32,000 bases of DNA from Candidatus Paracaedimonas acanthamoebae (GCA_000743035.1 CP008936.1:1680001-1712000), one strand, 5' to 3'; numbered from the stretch's first letter, positions 1 through 10,195 are shown. Notes: generated by a model not told the origin, from the sequence alone. A program made the numbers and translations.

Positions 1-1
1 T

Positions 2-1159
2 CGGCATCCTTCTTGGAAATTTACCTCTTGCCCTTCCTGCCATCAGCCTGCTGAACGTGAGACAGACACTTTAGATACCTTTGTTGAATCTTCATGGTAT
101 TTTGCCCGTTTTTGTGCTCCTCGGTTTGATCAACCGATTTCTCAAGAAGAAACAGCTTACTGGCTTCCTGTTGATCAATATATTGGGGGCATTGAGCATG
201 CTATTCTCCATCTTCTTTATGCCCGTTTTTTCAGTCGAGCCCTTGCTAAAAGTGGCTTTTTAACTTGCAAAGAACCATTCAAAGCCCTTTTGGCCCAAGG
301 CATGGTGACTCATGAAACTTTTCAAACCGAAGACCAAGAATGGGTTTTCCCTTCGGACGTGGGCACCAATAAACAAGGAGAGCTTATTCGGATAACGGAT
401 GGTGCACGGGTGATCAAAGGTCGCTTGGAAAAGATGAGCAAATCTAAGAAAAATGTTGTTGCTCCAGAAGTGATTACTCAAGATTATGGGGCAGATACAG
501 CCCGTTTATTCTTAATTTCCGATAGCCCGCCTGATCGTGATTTAGAATGGACAGATTTAGGGGCACAGGGCATATGGAAATACCTTAATCGTATTTGGGC
601 CCTCGCTGAAAGCTTTAAGCCTTTCCTAGCCCCATTTACGACGAAAATTCCTGAAATGTGCACTGAAGAAGAAAAAAAGCTTCGTCAAATAGCTCATCGT
701 ACTTTAAAAGATGTGACAGCTTCAATTCAGGCCTTCCATCTCAACCGCTATGTGGCCTATCTTAGAGAATTCAGCAATTACCTTGGAAGTCTTAAGGATC
801 TTTCTCAGATCAATGGAGCTATTTTAAGGGAATCGCTAGAGTTTCTGATTATCGCAATAAACCCGGCAACCCCTCATATTGCAGAAGAAATGTGGGCATC
901 TTTAGGGCATACCACCCCTCTGGTGAATACAGCATGGCCTCTTTTTGATGAGGCTCTAACGCAAGAGTCATCCATGACTATTGCTGTTCAAGTCAATGGA
1001 AAGCTTCGTGGCACTTTTGTATGTGTAAAAGATCAAAATCAAGCTGAACTTGAAAAGATAGCGCTTGCGCTTGAAAATGTTCAAAAAGCCATTGCAGGCC
1101 AAAGCGTCCGTAAAATTATCATTATTCCAAATAAGGTTGTGAACATTGTTGTGGCTTAA
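2..1159 (+). CDS. leuS: Leucyl-tRNA synthetase, C-terminal ~385 aa (5' end outside window)
   Basis: The reading frame is open from base 2 and is the same frame as listed ORF 290..1159. The translation shows LeuRS hallmarks [34 protein letters not shown] and the KMSKS loop (EKMSKSKKN). Confidence 0.93.
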   Translation, partial: RHPSWKFTSCPSCHQPAERETDTLDTFVESSWYFARFCAPRFDQPISQEETAYWLPVDQYIGGIEHAILHLLYARFFSRALAKSGFLTCKEPFKALLAQGMVTHETFQTEDQEWVFPSDVGTNKQGELIRITDGARVIKGRLEKMSKSKKNVVAPEVITQDYGADTARLFLISDSPPDRDLEWTDLGAQGIWKYLNRIWALAESFKPFLAPFTTKIPEMCTEEEKKLRQIAHRTLKDVTASIQAFHLNRYVAYLREFSNYLGSLKDLSQINGAILRESLEFLIIAINPATPHIAEEMWASLGHTTPLVNTAWPLFDEALTQESSMTIAVQVNGKLRGTFVCVKDQNQAELEKIALALENVQKAIAGQSVRKIIIIPNKVVNIVVA

Positions 1160-1649
1160 TACTCTCATTATTCTTAGTGGCTTAGCTTTAAATGGGTGCG
1201 GTTTTCAACCCTTGTATGCGCCCTCAACGCAAGCAAATGACAAACTTGCACAAATAAAAATTAAACCAATCCCTGACCGAATGGGACAGGTTTTGCACAA
1301 TCATTTACTGGATATTCTAACACCTTATGGAGAACCTAAAAATCCAGAGTATATTTTAAAAGTTACCGTTAAAGAGCAACGCACAGATTTAGCTATGCGT
1401 AAAGATGCCACCGCGAAGCGGGCCCAGCTTCAATATACCGCGAATATTACTTTGACTCATGCTATTTCTCATAAACTTATCTTATCAGATCAACTTTATT
1501 TAATGTCAGGGTTTTCTATTGGCTCTCACGCTAACTTTTCTTCAATTCCTGCGCTCGTCAGTGAAGAGAAAGCGCGCCTTCGCGCAATGGAAATTCTTGC
1601 GCAAGATATTAAATCTCTTCTTGCGAGTTATTTGAGTTTAAAAAATTAA
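1146..1649 (+). CDS. lptE: LPS-assembly lipoprotein LptE (RlpB)
   Basis: TTG start overlaps the leuS stop (1157-1159). It has a lipoprotein signal with lipobox ...[15 protein letters not shown], is ~165 aa, and sits directly after leuS as in the conserved leuS-lptE-holA arrangement. Confidence 0.75.
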   Translation: MLWLNTLIILSGLALNGCGFQPLYAPSTQANDKLAQIKIKPIPDRMGQVLHNHLLDILTPYGEPKNPEYILKVTVKEQRTDLAMRKDATAKRAQLQYTANITLTHAISHKLILSDQLYLMSGFSIGSHANFSSIPALVSEEKARLRAMEILAQDIKSLLASYLSLKN

Positions 1650-1707
1650 TGAAATCCTCTTAAATAATGCAGTATGTACTCTTTTAGAGGGGTAATTTAT
1701 TTTTAAA

Positions 1708-2913
1708 ATGATGTATCAAAGTTTTTTCACACAAGAGCTTGAACGACTTCGGCACGAAAAGAGATATCGAACATTTTTAAATCTTGAACGATGCGTCGGC
1801 GAATTCCCATATGCTATAAGTGGAGACTCAAAACAAAAAATCACAGTGTGGTGCAGTAATGATTATTTGGGGATGGGTCAACATTCTCAAGTTCGCAAAG
1901 TAATGATTGAGACGCTTAAGCGAAGTGGGACAGGATCAGGAGGTACTCGCAATATCTCTGGAAATACCTATTCCCATGTGGCGCTTGAAAAAACTTTGAG
2001 CGATTTTCATCAAAAAGAAGCTTCTCTTGTCTTCACTTCGGGATACGTTGCCAATGAAACAACCCTTGCAACCTTGGGATCTTGCTTACCAGAATGTGTT
2101 TTTCTATCAGATGAAAAAAATCATGCTTCCATTATTCACGGTATTCGTAATAGTCGTGCACAAAAGAAAATTTTTCGTCATAATGATGTTTCTCACCTGA
2201 AGGAACTTTTGTCGTCTACCCCTCTTCATCAACCCAAAATTATTGTATTTGAATCTGTCTATTCAATGGATGGCGATGTGAGTCCAATGAGAGAAATTTG
2301 TGCGCTTGCGAAACAATACAATGCTTTGACTTATTTAGATGAAGTCCATAGCGCGGGACTTTATGGATCACAAGGTGGTGGAATGGCTCAAGATCTTGGA
2401 ACCTCTAACGATATCGATATTATCCAAGGCACACTTGGTAAGGCTTTTGGGCTTATTGGGGGCTATATTTCAGGCACCAAAGAACTCATCGACTTTATAA
2501 GAAGTTTTGCCCCTGGCTTTATTTTTACGACGTCATTGCCTCCTGCTATTGTTGCGGGCGCATTGGTGAGTATCAATTATCTTAAAAATAACGCGCAACC
2601 TCGCAAGCAACATCAATTTAATACAAACTATTTAAAGAAAAAACTTGAAGAACATGGTCTTCCTTATTTACGGAATGAGAGCCATATCGTCCCTCTTATT
2701 GTTGGGAATGCTCAGAAATGTAAAGAGGTGACAGATCGGCTTCTCCACCATTATAAGATTTACATACAGCCTATCAATTACCCAACCGTGCCAGTGGGGA
2801 CTGAGCGTTTGCGTTTGACGCCATCGGCATTGCATACACCACAAATGATTAATTACTTAGTTCAAGCACTCGTTGAAATTTGGAAAGATTTATCTCTGCC
2901 TCAAGCTGCATAA
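1708..2913 (+). CDS. hemA: 5-aminolevulinate synthase (ALAS, alpha-oxoamine synthase family)
   Basis: 401 aa with ALAS-type motifs WCSNDYLGMGQH, GSGGTRNISGN, ESVYSMDGD and LDEVHSAGLYG, and the PLP-lysine context GTLGKAFG. Confidence 0.9.
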   Translation: MMYQSFFTQELERLRHEKRYRTFLNLERCVGEFPYAISGDSKQKITVWCSNDYLGMGQHSQVRKVMIETLKRSGTGSGGTRNISGNTYSHVALEKTLSDFHQKEASLVFTSGYVANETTLATLGSCLPECVFLSDEKNHASIIHGIRNSRAQKKIFRHNDVSHLKELLSSTPLHQPKIIVFESVYSMDGDVSPMREICALAKQYNALTYLDEVHSAGLYGSQGGGMAQDLGTSNDIDIIQGTLGKAFGLIGGYISGTKELIDFIRSFAPGFIFTTSLPPAIVAGALVSINYLKNNAQPRKQHQFNTNYLKKKLEEHGLPYLRNESHIVPLIVGNAQKCKEVTDRLLHHYKIYIQPINYPTVPVGTERLRLTPSALHTPQMINYLVQALVEIWKDLSLPQAA

Positions 2914-2940
2914 ATCATTTATAAAAATGAGAAGGGCTCT

Positions 2941-4536
2941 TTAATTTTCTAAAAAGATATCTAATTTCTTATCATATACTTGTGTGCTTATGTGTAAGAG
3001 CCCTAGAAGTGAATGAAATAAATTATCGTGAGAGTATGATTTTACTTCAGCATCTTTCTTTAACCGCTTAAGATCTAAATGAAAATCTTTTATAAATTCA
3101 TCAGAAAACCAAATAATCCAAGGAATATGAGTTTGTTCTTTAGGCGCAATAACATAAGGAGCACCATGCAAGTAGATTCCTTTCTCACCAAGTGATTCTC
3201 CATGGTCTGAGACATACATCATTCCAGTATAAAATTGAGGGTTAGCTTGCAATAAATCAATAACCTTTGATAAGACATAATCTGTATATAAGATACTGTT
3301 ATCATAAGTATTTATTAATTCACTCTGACCACAACTTTCAATTTGATTGGTCTCACAGGTCGGTGTAAATCTTTTAAATGGTTTAGGATACCTTTTATAG
3401 TAAGCTGGACCGTGGCTTCCCATTTGATGTAAAAAGATGACAGCATCGCCCTGAAGTTGGTTAATATATTCTTGCAACCCTTCTAGCAAATTTTCATCAT
3501 AAGACTCTTCATTTTCTCTTAAATTTTCTCTTAACTTTTGTGTTGGAATTCTGTCACAAACACCTTTACAACCACTATTATTCTCTTTCCACAGAACTTT
3601 AAATCCTGCTCGTGAAAGAATATCAAGAAGTCCTTCTTCAGTTTGAGCAATATCAGCTTTACAGTCTTTACGTGCATGTCTTGAGAACATACAAGGTAAA
3701 GAAAATGCCGTAGATGTCCCACTTGAGCTGACATTTTTGAGACTAATAACTTTTTTTTGCGCCAAGAGAGGGTTTGTTTCAACATGATAACCATTTAAAG
3801 AAAAATTTTGAGAGCGCGCAGTCTCTCCAATAACAACAATTAATAATACTTTTTTTCTTAATTTTTCCCCTAATTGACTTTTATGCGCATCTAACCCTAT
3901 GGGCATAAAAGATTTCTTTGGTTGATAAAAGCTTTTGGAGTACTTAATTGTTGAAAATATATAGTTGGTTGGGTTTATAAGGTATTTCAAACTTTTATGC
4001 ATTCTGAACGAGACAGAATATTCCTTATAAAATACTAAACCTATCACACAGAGCAAAGCGAATGACAATAAAACATTAACTATACGATTTCTTAACTCTC
4101 TCCAAAGGGGTTTGCCATAGTCAATTTTAACCAACCATAAAAGACTCGCTGGAATGATTCCAAACCCAAAAAACCACATGACAGATTTGAAATTTATAAG
4201 CTCTAATGCCTCTTTTGCATCGGTATGAAAGATATTTCGAATCATCTCAGTATCATATTGGATGCCTAAGGTATCCATCGAATAGCTGACAAGCGCAGAT
4301 AACAAAGTTATGAGGCTCATTAAAGGTCTTGCAATATAAGGTAAAAACAAGAAATTAAAAAATATGTTTAAGGCTAAAAAGTAAGCTCCCCATAAGGAAA
4401 TAAAGAAAAGGCTTACACTTAAAGAGCTAAAATCGCTGAGATTAACAATTTTTTTCCATAAAGAAATATTAAGAAATAAAACATAATAAAGTGCTGTAAA
4501 GAAAATTAATGTTTGACTTTTAAATCTAAAAACCAA
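2941..4536 (-). CDS. eptA: Lipid A phosphoethanolamine transferase, EptA/MCR family (N-terminal TM domain plus periplasmic sulfatase-like domain)
   Basis: 531 aa. The N-terminus is multi-TM. There is close motif-by-motif resemblance to E. coli EptA: IGETARSQNFSLNGY, LPCMFS, NNSGCKGVCDRIP, GSHGPAYYKRYP, FTPTCETN, NTYDNSILYTDY, SDHGESLGEKGIYLHGAPY. The TTG start at 4536 is preceded by a strong SD (GAAGGAGGA, ~5 nt spacing). Confidence 0.85.
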   Translation of the reverse strand: MVFRFKSQTLIFFTALYYVLFLNISLWKKIVNLSDFSSLSVSLFFISLWGAYFLALNIFFNFLFLPYIARPLMSLITLLSALVSYSMDTLGIQYDTEMIRNIFHTDAKEALELINFKSVMWFFGFGIIPASLLWLVKIDYGKPLWRELRNRIVNVLLSFALLCVIGLVFYKEYSVSFRMHKSLKYLINPTNYIFSTIKYSKSFYQPKKSFMPIGLDAHKSQLGEKLRKKVLLIVVIGETARSQNFSLNGYHVETNPLLAQKKVISLKNVSSSGTSTAFSLPCMFSRHARKDCKADIAQTEEGLLDILSRAGFKVLWKENNSGCKGVCDRIPTQKLRENLRENEESYDENLLEGLQEYINQLQGDAVIFLHQMGSHGPAYYKRYPKPFKRFTPTCETNQIESCGQSELINTYDNSILYTDYVLSKVIDLLQANPQFYTGMMYVSDHGESLGEKGIYLHGAPYVIAPKEQTHIPWIIWFSDEFIKDFHLDLKRLKKDAEVKSYSHDNLFHSLLGLLHISTQVYDKKLDIFLEN

Positions 4537-4733
4537 CCGTTCCTCCTTCTTTGATCCTGATAGATTTTCTAGGTGAGATCGTAATCTTTTGCAATTAATT
4601 ATTAGAAGTGATGGTCATTTCCTGGATAATATGTATTCTTTAAATTTGATGCGTTCTACTAAGTAATGTACTATAAAGAGACTTTAATTCCCAAGCAATC
4701 GATCTTTAGCTTCTTGAAAGGTTTTTATAGTTT

Positions 4734-5102
4734 ATGATCAAGAGATTCTTTCAACAACTTTTTGCCGCAACAAGATATTCTTTAAGGGGTATTTTTACAG
4801 CCTTAAAATTAGAAAGAGCATTTATATGGGAAGTTGTCATCTTCTTACCCTTCATTATTCTTGCCACTATCGTTAACTTTAGCCCTCTTGAGAAATTTGC
4901 TCTTATTGCTCCTATTTTGCTTACTTTTTCATTTGAACTTATGAATACGGCTATTGAAAAAACTATTGATGAACTTGGAGATGGTAAAATTTGTCAGGCT
5001 TTTCGGTTTGCTAAAGATGCTGCTTCAGGAGCTGTTTTTTTTATGCTAATGATGATTGTCCTGAGTTGGGTCTTGATTGCTCTCCCTGTCTTTTTCTCAT
5101 AA
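4734..5102 (+). CDS. dgkA: Diacylglycerol kinase (prokaryotic DgkA type)
   Basis: 122 aa with three hydrophobic segments and DgkA-like signatures ERAFIWE, FELMNTAIEKTID and AKDAASGAVF. It is divergent from eptA across a 197-bp spacer. Confidence 0.85.
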   Translation: MIKRFFQQLFAATRYSLRGIFTALKLERAFIWEVVIFLPFIILATIVNFSPLEKFALIAPILLTFSFELMNTAIEKTIDELGDGKICQAFRFAKDAASGAVFFMLMMIVLSWVLIALPVFFS

Positions 5103-5214
5103 TCTCAACGCCTTATGATTTTTTTCTGCTTCAAAAGATTTAAATTGCTTATACTGAAATTTAAAATTTTTGCTTGTTCATCGCATTTGTTGATAAATAA
5201 TAACGGTACTCTTT

Positions 5215-6145
5215 ATGAAAATAGCTTATTTTTCTCAATTCTTGGCTAAATTCCCCCCTAACATTAGATGGTTTGTGGTTTATGGGAATAATGAAAATCT
5301 TATTTCTTTTCGTGAGAAGGTGATTATTCATCACCTTAAAAAGGTAAATCCCCTCCTTCAAGTTCAATGCCTTGAAGAATTTATGATTCCTCAAATCCCT
5401 TCCTTAAGTTTATTTGAAACGGAACCGCCTTTAACACTCTACCATTATCGGCGCGCAAATGATCGACTTTTAAAAGAAATTGAGGTGATCATTGATCAGA
5501 ACCCTCACTATTATATTTTATCTAATCCACACTTAAATACGAAAGCAAAACTTGTCGATTTTGCTTTAAAGCATCCTTCTATCGCGGCCATTCCTTCTTA
5601 TACAACTGAAGAAGCTGAAATCACGAAAGTGATTCATGATTTTTGCCAAGAAACGTCTTTAAATCTTCCTCTTGAAGCCAAAAAAAATCCTTTTTGAAAG
5701 CCTGATGACAAATCCTTCAACATTTGAAACCCAGCTCCAAAAAGCCGCGTTGTTTTATACTGCGGGCTCTTCTGAATTTTCGCCATCTTCTTTTAAAGAG
5801 CTTTTTATCTCGAAAGAAGAGGGAGATCTATTTAAAATGAAGGATGCCTTTTTTAAAGGAGATACTGTCTCTTTTATTCAGCGTTGGAACACTTTAAAGC
5901 AAGATGATTTTCAAGATATTGCGCTCATTCGGTTTTTGCAAGCTGAAGCCTTTCGAAGTTTAAAAGGCCCAGGAGGTGGCCCTTATCAGATGCGCAATCC
6001 TTTGCCACCACTTCAACTCACGCGCTTGTTGTCTTTACTCTTAAACCTTGAGACAATCTTAAAATGGCAACCAGATCTGCCGGAAAATTATCTTTTACAA
6101 AGGTTGCTTCAGTGGTTTCCTGATAAAAGCCTTGAAACAAGGTAA
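5215..6145 (+). CDS. holA: DNA polymerase III delta subunit (HolA), interrupted by a 1-nt frameshift in an A8 run
   Basis: ORFs 5215..5697 and 5672..6145 overlap in frames one base apart. Reading through the A8 run at 5680-5687 with one A fewer gives a continuous ~310-aa protein (...LNLPLEAKKILFESLMTNP...). Size, the position after lptE, and general HolA-like N-terminal (VVYGNNENLI) and C-terminal helical patterns support the call. The family assignment itself is the weaker part. Confidence 0.6.
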
Positions 6146-6999
6146 TCGAGCTCTTCTAGATTATTAAAATGAATGTTAAGGCGCCCACCTTCACCTTTTA
6201 ATTCAAGGGCAACAACCAAATTTAATGAATTTTTTAGTTGATTCTCTAACATGGATTTATCGTCTTCACTGTACGCTCGTTCCATGAAAGCAGAAGGCTT
6301 CTGGGTCTTATTGGAAGAAGGATTATTCTGCTTTTGAATTAATTGCTCAGTTTGACGAACATTCAACCCTTGCTTAACAACTTTTTCTCCAAGGACTTCA
6401 GGGTTTTTTGCGCCTAAAAGTGCACGCGCATGACCAGCGGTTATTTTTCCAAGACGTATATATTCCCGAAGGGCTTCAGGTAAATTCAAAAGCCTGAGAG
6501 TGTTTGCAATATGGCTTCGACTTTTACTGAGCGATTTTGCTAAATCTTCTTGAGTATAATCAAACTCTTCCATGAGTCGCTTATAGCCTTGCGCTTCTTC
6601 TAAAATGCTGAGGTCATGGCGTTGAATGTTCTCAATCAGTGCAAGCTCTAGAGCCTCACGATCATTTAACTGCTTTACAAGAGCTGGAATCTCATGAAGC
6701 CCGGCTTGCTTTGCCGCGCGCCAGCGACGTTCACCTGCAACAATTTCATAATTTGCCATCCCATTTTGCACTGGACGAATTAAAATGGGTTGAATAACCC
6801 CCTTTTCACGGACAGATTCAACAAGCGTTTCAAAAGGTTCTTGATCAAAATGCTCGCGAGGTTGGTATTTTCCCGGACAAATTTCAAAAAGGGGGATCTT
6901 TTGAATATGAGTGCCTTCTTGAGGAGCAATTGCAGGATCAGGTCCTAAAAGAGCATCTAACCCACGCCCTAACGAACGATTAATTGGCGAATTCGACAT
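6109..6999 (-). CDS. parB: Chromosome partitioning protein ParB (parS-binding CTPase)
   Basis: 296 aa with GRGLDALLG, the ParB-box region IVAGERRWRAAKQAGL and an HTH region (QEDLAKSLSKSRSHIANTLRLL). It overlaps the parA 3' end by 20 nt. Confidence 0.95.
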   Translation of the reverse strand: MSNSPINRSLGRGLDALLGPDPAIAPQEGTHIQKIPLFEICPGKYQPREHFDQEPFETLVESVREKGVIQPILIRPVQNGMANYEIVAGERRWRAAKQAGLHEIPALVKQLNDREALELALIENIQRHDLSILEEAQGYKRLMEEFDYTQEDLAKSLSKSRSHIANTLRLLNLPEALREYIRLGKITAGHARALLGAKNPEVLGEKVVKQGLNVRQTEQLIQKQNNPSSNKTQKPSAFMERAYSEDDKSMLENQLKNSLNLVVALELKGEGGRLNIHFNNLEELDYLVSRLLSGNH

Positions 7000-7768
7000 A
7001 TTTTCTTTCCTGAGTTTGTTGCAAAACCTCGCTGGCTAGTTTCATGTAAGCAAGAGAACCTGAACTTCTTACATCATAAAGGAGAACGGGTGTTCCGTGA
7101 GAAGGAGCCTCAGAAATCTTTACATTGCGAGGAATAGGATTTTTAAAGACGAGCTCTTTAAAATGAGTCCGCACATCTTCAGCCACCTGCTCAGAAAGAA
7201 CATTTCGCTTATCGTACATGGTGAGCGCAATTCCTAGCAAAGAAAGCTGAGAATTAAGACGCCCTTGGACTCGACGGACTGTATTCATGAGCTGGCTTAA
7301 CCCTTCAAGTGCATAAAATTCACATTGCAATGGAACCAAAATATAGTTTGCAGAGGTTAAAGCATTCAAGGTTAAAAAGCCTAAAGAAGGAGGACAATCA
7401 ATTAAAATGTAATCGTAATCTTCTTCAATTTCTTCTAAGGCTTTCTTTAATTTAAATTCTCTTTGCGGCAGAGAAACAAGCTCAACTTCTGCGCCTGAAA
7501 GATGAGGAGAGGCCGGTAGAATTGAGAGATAGGGGATACGGGTTTTAATAATGCATTCTGAAGCCTTTTCGATTCCTAAAAGCACTTCATAACTTCCTGC
7601 TTTCCGTTCTCTACCATAGAGTCCCATGCCGGTTGAGGCATTACCTTGAGGATCAAGATCTATCATTAAAACTTTTTTGAGACTTGCGGCAAGAGCCGTT
7701 GCCAAGTTAATTGTTGTCGTTGTTTTGCCAACCCCACCTTTTTGATTTGCAATAGCAATGACAGTCAT
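6980..7768 (-). CDS. parA: Chromosome partitioning ATPase ParA (Soj)
   Basis: 262 aa with the deviant Walker A IAIANQKGGVGKTTTTINLA, DLDPQGNAS and ILIDCPPSLG. Confidence 0.95.
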   Translation of the reverse strand: MTVIAIANQKGGVGKTTTTINLATALAASLKKVLMIDLDPQGNASTGMGLYGRERKAGSYEVLLGIEKASECIIKTRIPYLSILPASPHLSGAEVELVSLPQREFKLKKALEEIEEDYDYILIDCPPSLGFLTLNALTSANYILVPLQCEFYALEGLSQLMNTVRRVQGRLNSQLSLLGIALTMYDKRNVLSEQVAEDVRTHFKELVFKNPIPRNVKISEAPSHGTPVLLYDVRSSGSLAYMKLASEVLQQTQERKYVEFAN

Positions 7769-7769
7769 T

Positions 7770-8393
7770 TCATCCTCTTTTTACTTTCTTGCTTACTTCT
7801 TTTACCTCTAAAATCTTACCTTGGCAATCTGTAATACTTGAGTGAACATTGACTTTAAAATCCCATTCTTTTTGGGCTTCACTTATTTCATCTAAATGAC
7901 TTTTTCCTTTAAGCAATAAGAAAGTTGTTGAAGACGTAAATAAAGGCATCGTCAATTCAAAAAGACGCTCCAAAGGGGCAAAACCTCGGGCCGTGATAAG
8001 GTCAACCTTTAAACCCTCAAGGGTTTCTACACGATCGCATATCACTTTGGCCGTTGATTTCGTCTTTAAGATAACATGGTTTAAAAAAGTCGCCTTTCGC
8101 TGATCAGACTCAATTAAGATCACGGGAATGTGCTGAAGCAAAGATAAAATGAGTCCAGGAAAGCCGGCCCCACTTCCCACATCAACAATAGATTGTGCCG
8201 AAGGAGGAACGAATTTTAAAAGCTGAGCACTATCCAAAAAATGGCGTTCTTCAATTTCTCCGAGCGTTGACTTAGAAATAAGGTTGATTGCTTTTTGCCA
8301 TTTGATAAGTTCTTCATGATAACCCCCCAAGGCTAAAAATGTTTCACGTGAAACATTTTGACCTTGAGACAGAAGAAAATCCTTTAAATTCAT
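7770..8393 (-). CDS. rsmG: 16S rRNA (guanine527-N7)-methyltransferase RsmG (GidB)
   Basis: 207 aa with SAM-binding motif VDVGSGAGFPGL and the N-terminal NVSRETF typical of alphaproteobacterial GidB. It lies immediately upstream of parA (1-nt gap). Confidence 0.9.
   Translation of the reverse strand: MNLKDFLLSQGQNVSRETFLALGGYHEELIKWQKAINLISKSTLGEIEERHFLDSAQLLKFVPPSAQSIVDVGSGAGFPGLILSLLQHIPVILIESDQRKATFLNHVILKTKSTAKVICDRVETLEGLKVDLITARGFAPLERLFELTMPLFTSSTTFLLLKGKSHLDEISEAQKEWDFKVNVHSSITDCQGKILEVKEVSKKVKRG
8340..8355. other. parS: parS site 1 (TGTTTCACGTGAAACA); perfect palindrome extends to 24 bp (8336-8359)
   Basis: Exact match to the ParB-binding parS consensus. It lies inside rsmG and is read as NVSRETF. 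Confidence 0.85.
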
Positions 8394-8397
8394 ATAA

Positions 8398-9654
8398 TTA
8401 TGAATTCATGGACGTGAAAAAATCTTGGTTACTTTTTGTGGCTCTTAATTTTTCATGCAAGAATTCCATCGCGTCATTCGCCCCCATAGGTGCCAATATA
8501 CGACGAAGGACCCACATCTTCGAAAGTTCACCCTTATCAACCAATAATTCTTCCTTTCGTGTACCGGAACGAGTGATATCGATGGCTGGGAAGATTCTTT
8601 TATCAGAAAGCTTGCGATCAAGAATAACTTCAGCGTTACCTGTGCCTTTAAATTCTTCGAAAATAACCTCATCCATTCTTGAGCCTGTTTCCACTAAGGC
8701 GGTTGCAATAATGGTGAGAGATCCGCCTTCTTCAATGTTACGAGCCGCTCCAAAGAAACGCTTTGGACGTTGAAGGGCATTGGCATCCACGCCTCCTGTG
8801 AGGACCTTACCTGAGGAAGGAACAATCGTGTTATAAGCACGCGCGAGACGAGTAATCGAGTCTAAAAGAATAACCACATCACGTTTCCCTTCAACAAGTC
8901 TTTTAGCCTTTTCAATGACCATCTCTGCGACTTGAACGTGCCGGCTTGCAGGTTCATCAAATGTTGAGCTTAAAACTTCACCTTTAACGGAACGTGCCAT
9001 ATCGGTGACTTCTTCGGGACGTTCATCAATCAGCAAGACAATCAGATATACTTCAGGATGATTGATCGAAATTGCATTCGCAATTTGTTGCAACATGACG
9101 GTTTTTCCTGTTCGAGGCGGGGCCGTAATCAAAGCACGCTGCCCCTTTCCAAGCGGAGAGATCAAATCAACGACCCGCGTTGTTAAATCACCATTTTCAG
9201 GGTTATCAATCTCCATTTTAAGGCGTTGATTTGGGTAAAGTGGTGTTAAGTTATCAAAGTTAATTCGGTGCTTAGCTTGTTCAGGATCTTCAAAATTAAT
9301 AGTATTTAATTTGAGGAGAGCAAAGTAGCGCTCACCCTCTTTTGGCGCACGAATTTGACCATCAAGAACATCCCCTGTCCGCAATCCAAAACGGCGAATT
9401 TGGCTGGGCGATACATAAAGATCATCAGGACCAGGAAGAAAATTCATTTGAGGAGAGCGTAAAAAACCATAACCATCTTGAAGAATTTCAAGGACACCCC
9501 CCCCATAAATGGGGATATCTTTACTGGCGAGTTGTTTCAGGATAGCAAAAATAAGGTCTTGTTTTTTTAGAGAACTTGCGTTTTCAATTTCGTGTTCTTC
9601 TGCGATTGCCAACAGATCAGCGGGCAATTTAAGCTTAAGCTCTTGGATGTTCAT
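8398..9654 (-). CDS. rho: Transcription termination factor Rho
   Basis: 418 aa with the N-terminal Rho_N helix ([17 protein letters not shown]), RNA-binding DGYGFLRS, Walker [20 protein letters not shown] and [31 protein letters not shown]. Confidence 0.96.
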   Translation of the reverse strand: MNIQELKLKLPADLLAIAEEHEIENASSLKKQDLIFAILKQLASKDIPIYGGGVLEILQDGYGFLRSPQMNFLPGPDDLYVSPSQIRRFGLRTGDVLDGQIRAPKEGERYFALLKLNTINFEDPEQAKHRINFDNLTPLYPNQRLKMEIDNPENGDLTTRVVDLISPLGKGQRALITAPPRTGKTVMLQQIANAISINHPEVYLIVLLIDERPEEVTDMARSVKGEVLSSTFDEPASRHVQVAEMVIEKAKRLVEGKRDVVILLDSITRLARAYNTIVPSSGKVLTGGVDANALQRPKRFFGAARNIEEGGSLTIIATALVETGSRMDEVIFEEFKGTGNAEVILDRKLSDKRIFPAIDITRSGTRKEELLVDKGELSKMWVLRRILAPMGANDAMEFLHEKLRATKSNQDFFTSMNS

Positions 9655-9745
9655 AAATTATTATACTCTCATTGAATGAATTAATACGTACCATTTTATA
9701 AGGGATTTTGGACCTGAGAATCTCGATCCATCATTACCTATACTC

Positions 9746-10195
9746 TTAAAAAGGCTTCATGACAACAAGAAAGACAACAAAAATCATTAAAAGAGGAGCT
9801 ATTTCATTAATCAAACGGTAAAATCGTTGAGAATGCTTATTTTTCTCGGATTGAAAAAGCTTCATCCATCGAATTAAAATGCCATGGTACCCCGCTAAAA
9901 TCATCACCAGAGATAACTTTGCATGAATCCATCCCATGGGGCTTACCAAGATTCCAGGAACCATTAAAAGCAAAATTCCACTGACAAAGGTTAACAGCAT
10001 TGCAGGGGTCATGATAATGCGCGTAAGTCTTTTTTCCATGATGCAAAGCGTTGCATATAATTCAGAGCCTGGCGTTGCGGCTGCATGATAAACATAAAGA
10101 CGGGGTTGATAAAAAAGGGCCGCCATCCAGCTGATGACAAAAATGATGTGGACACTTTTAATAAAAAGGTAATGGTGGGCTAAATACTCTTTCAT
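9746..10195 (-). CDS. hemJ: Protoporphyrinogen IX oxidase, HemJ family (UPF0093 membrane protein)
   Basis: ~149 aa, multi-TM, with the HemJ signature KSVHIIFVISWMAALFYQPRLYVYHA. I prefer the ATG at 10195, which forms an ATGA overlap with the hemH stop, over the listed upstream start at 10216. Confidence 0.8.
   Translation of the reverse strand: MKEYLAHHYLFIKSVHIIFVISWMAALFYQPRLYVYHAAATPGSELYATLCIMEKRLTRIIMTPAMLLTFVSGILLLMVPGILVSPMGWIHAKLSLVMILAGYHGILIRWMKLFQSEKNKHSQRFYRLINEIAPLLMIFVVFLVVMKPF

Noticed and set aside
3531-3794. Nested or alternative-frame ORFs inside larger genes (e.g. 3531..3794, 8445..8672, 9837..10046, 11306..11821, 23113..23634, 26199..26595, 29079..30109)
   Set aside because: Each lies within, or antisense to, a longer ORF with clear family motifs. 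None has independent support.
8339-8773. 144-aa + strand ORF beginning MFHVKHF, opposite rho/rsmG
   Set aside because: It lies antisense to well-supported rho and rsmG coding sequence. Its start is simply the parS palindrome read in the FHVKH frame, and its composition is low-complexity. It is a spurious shadow ORF.
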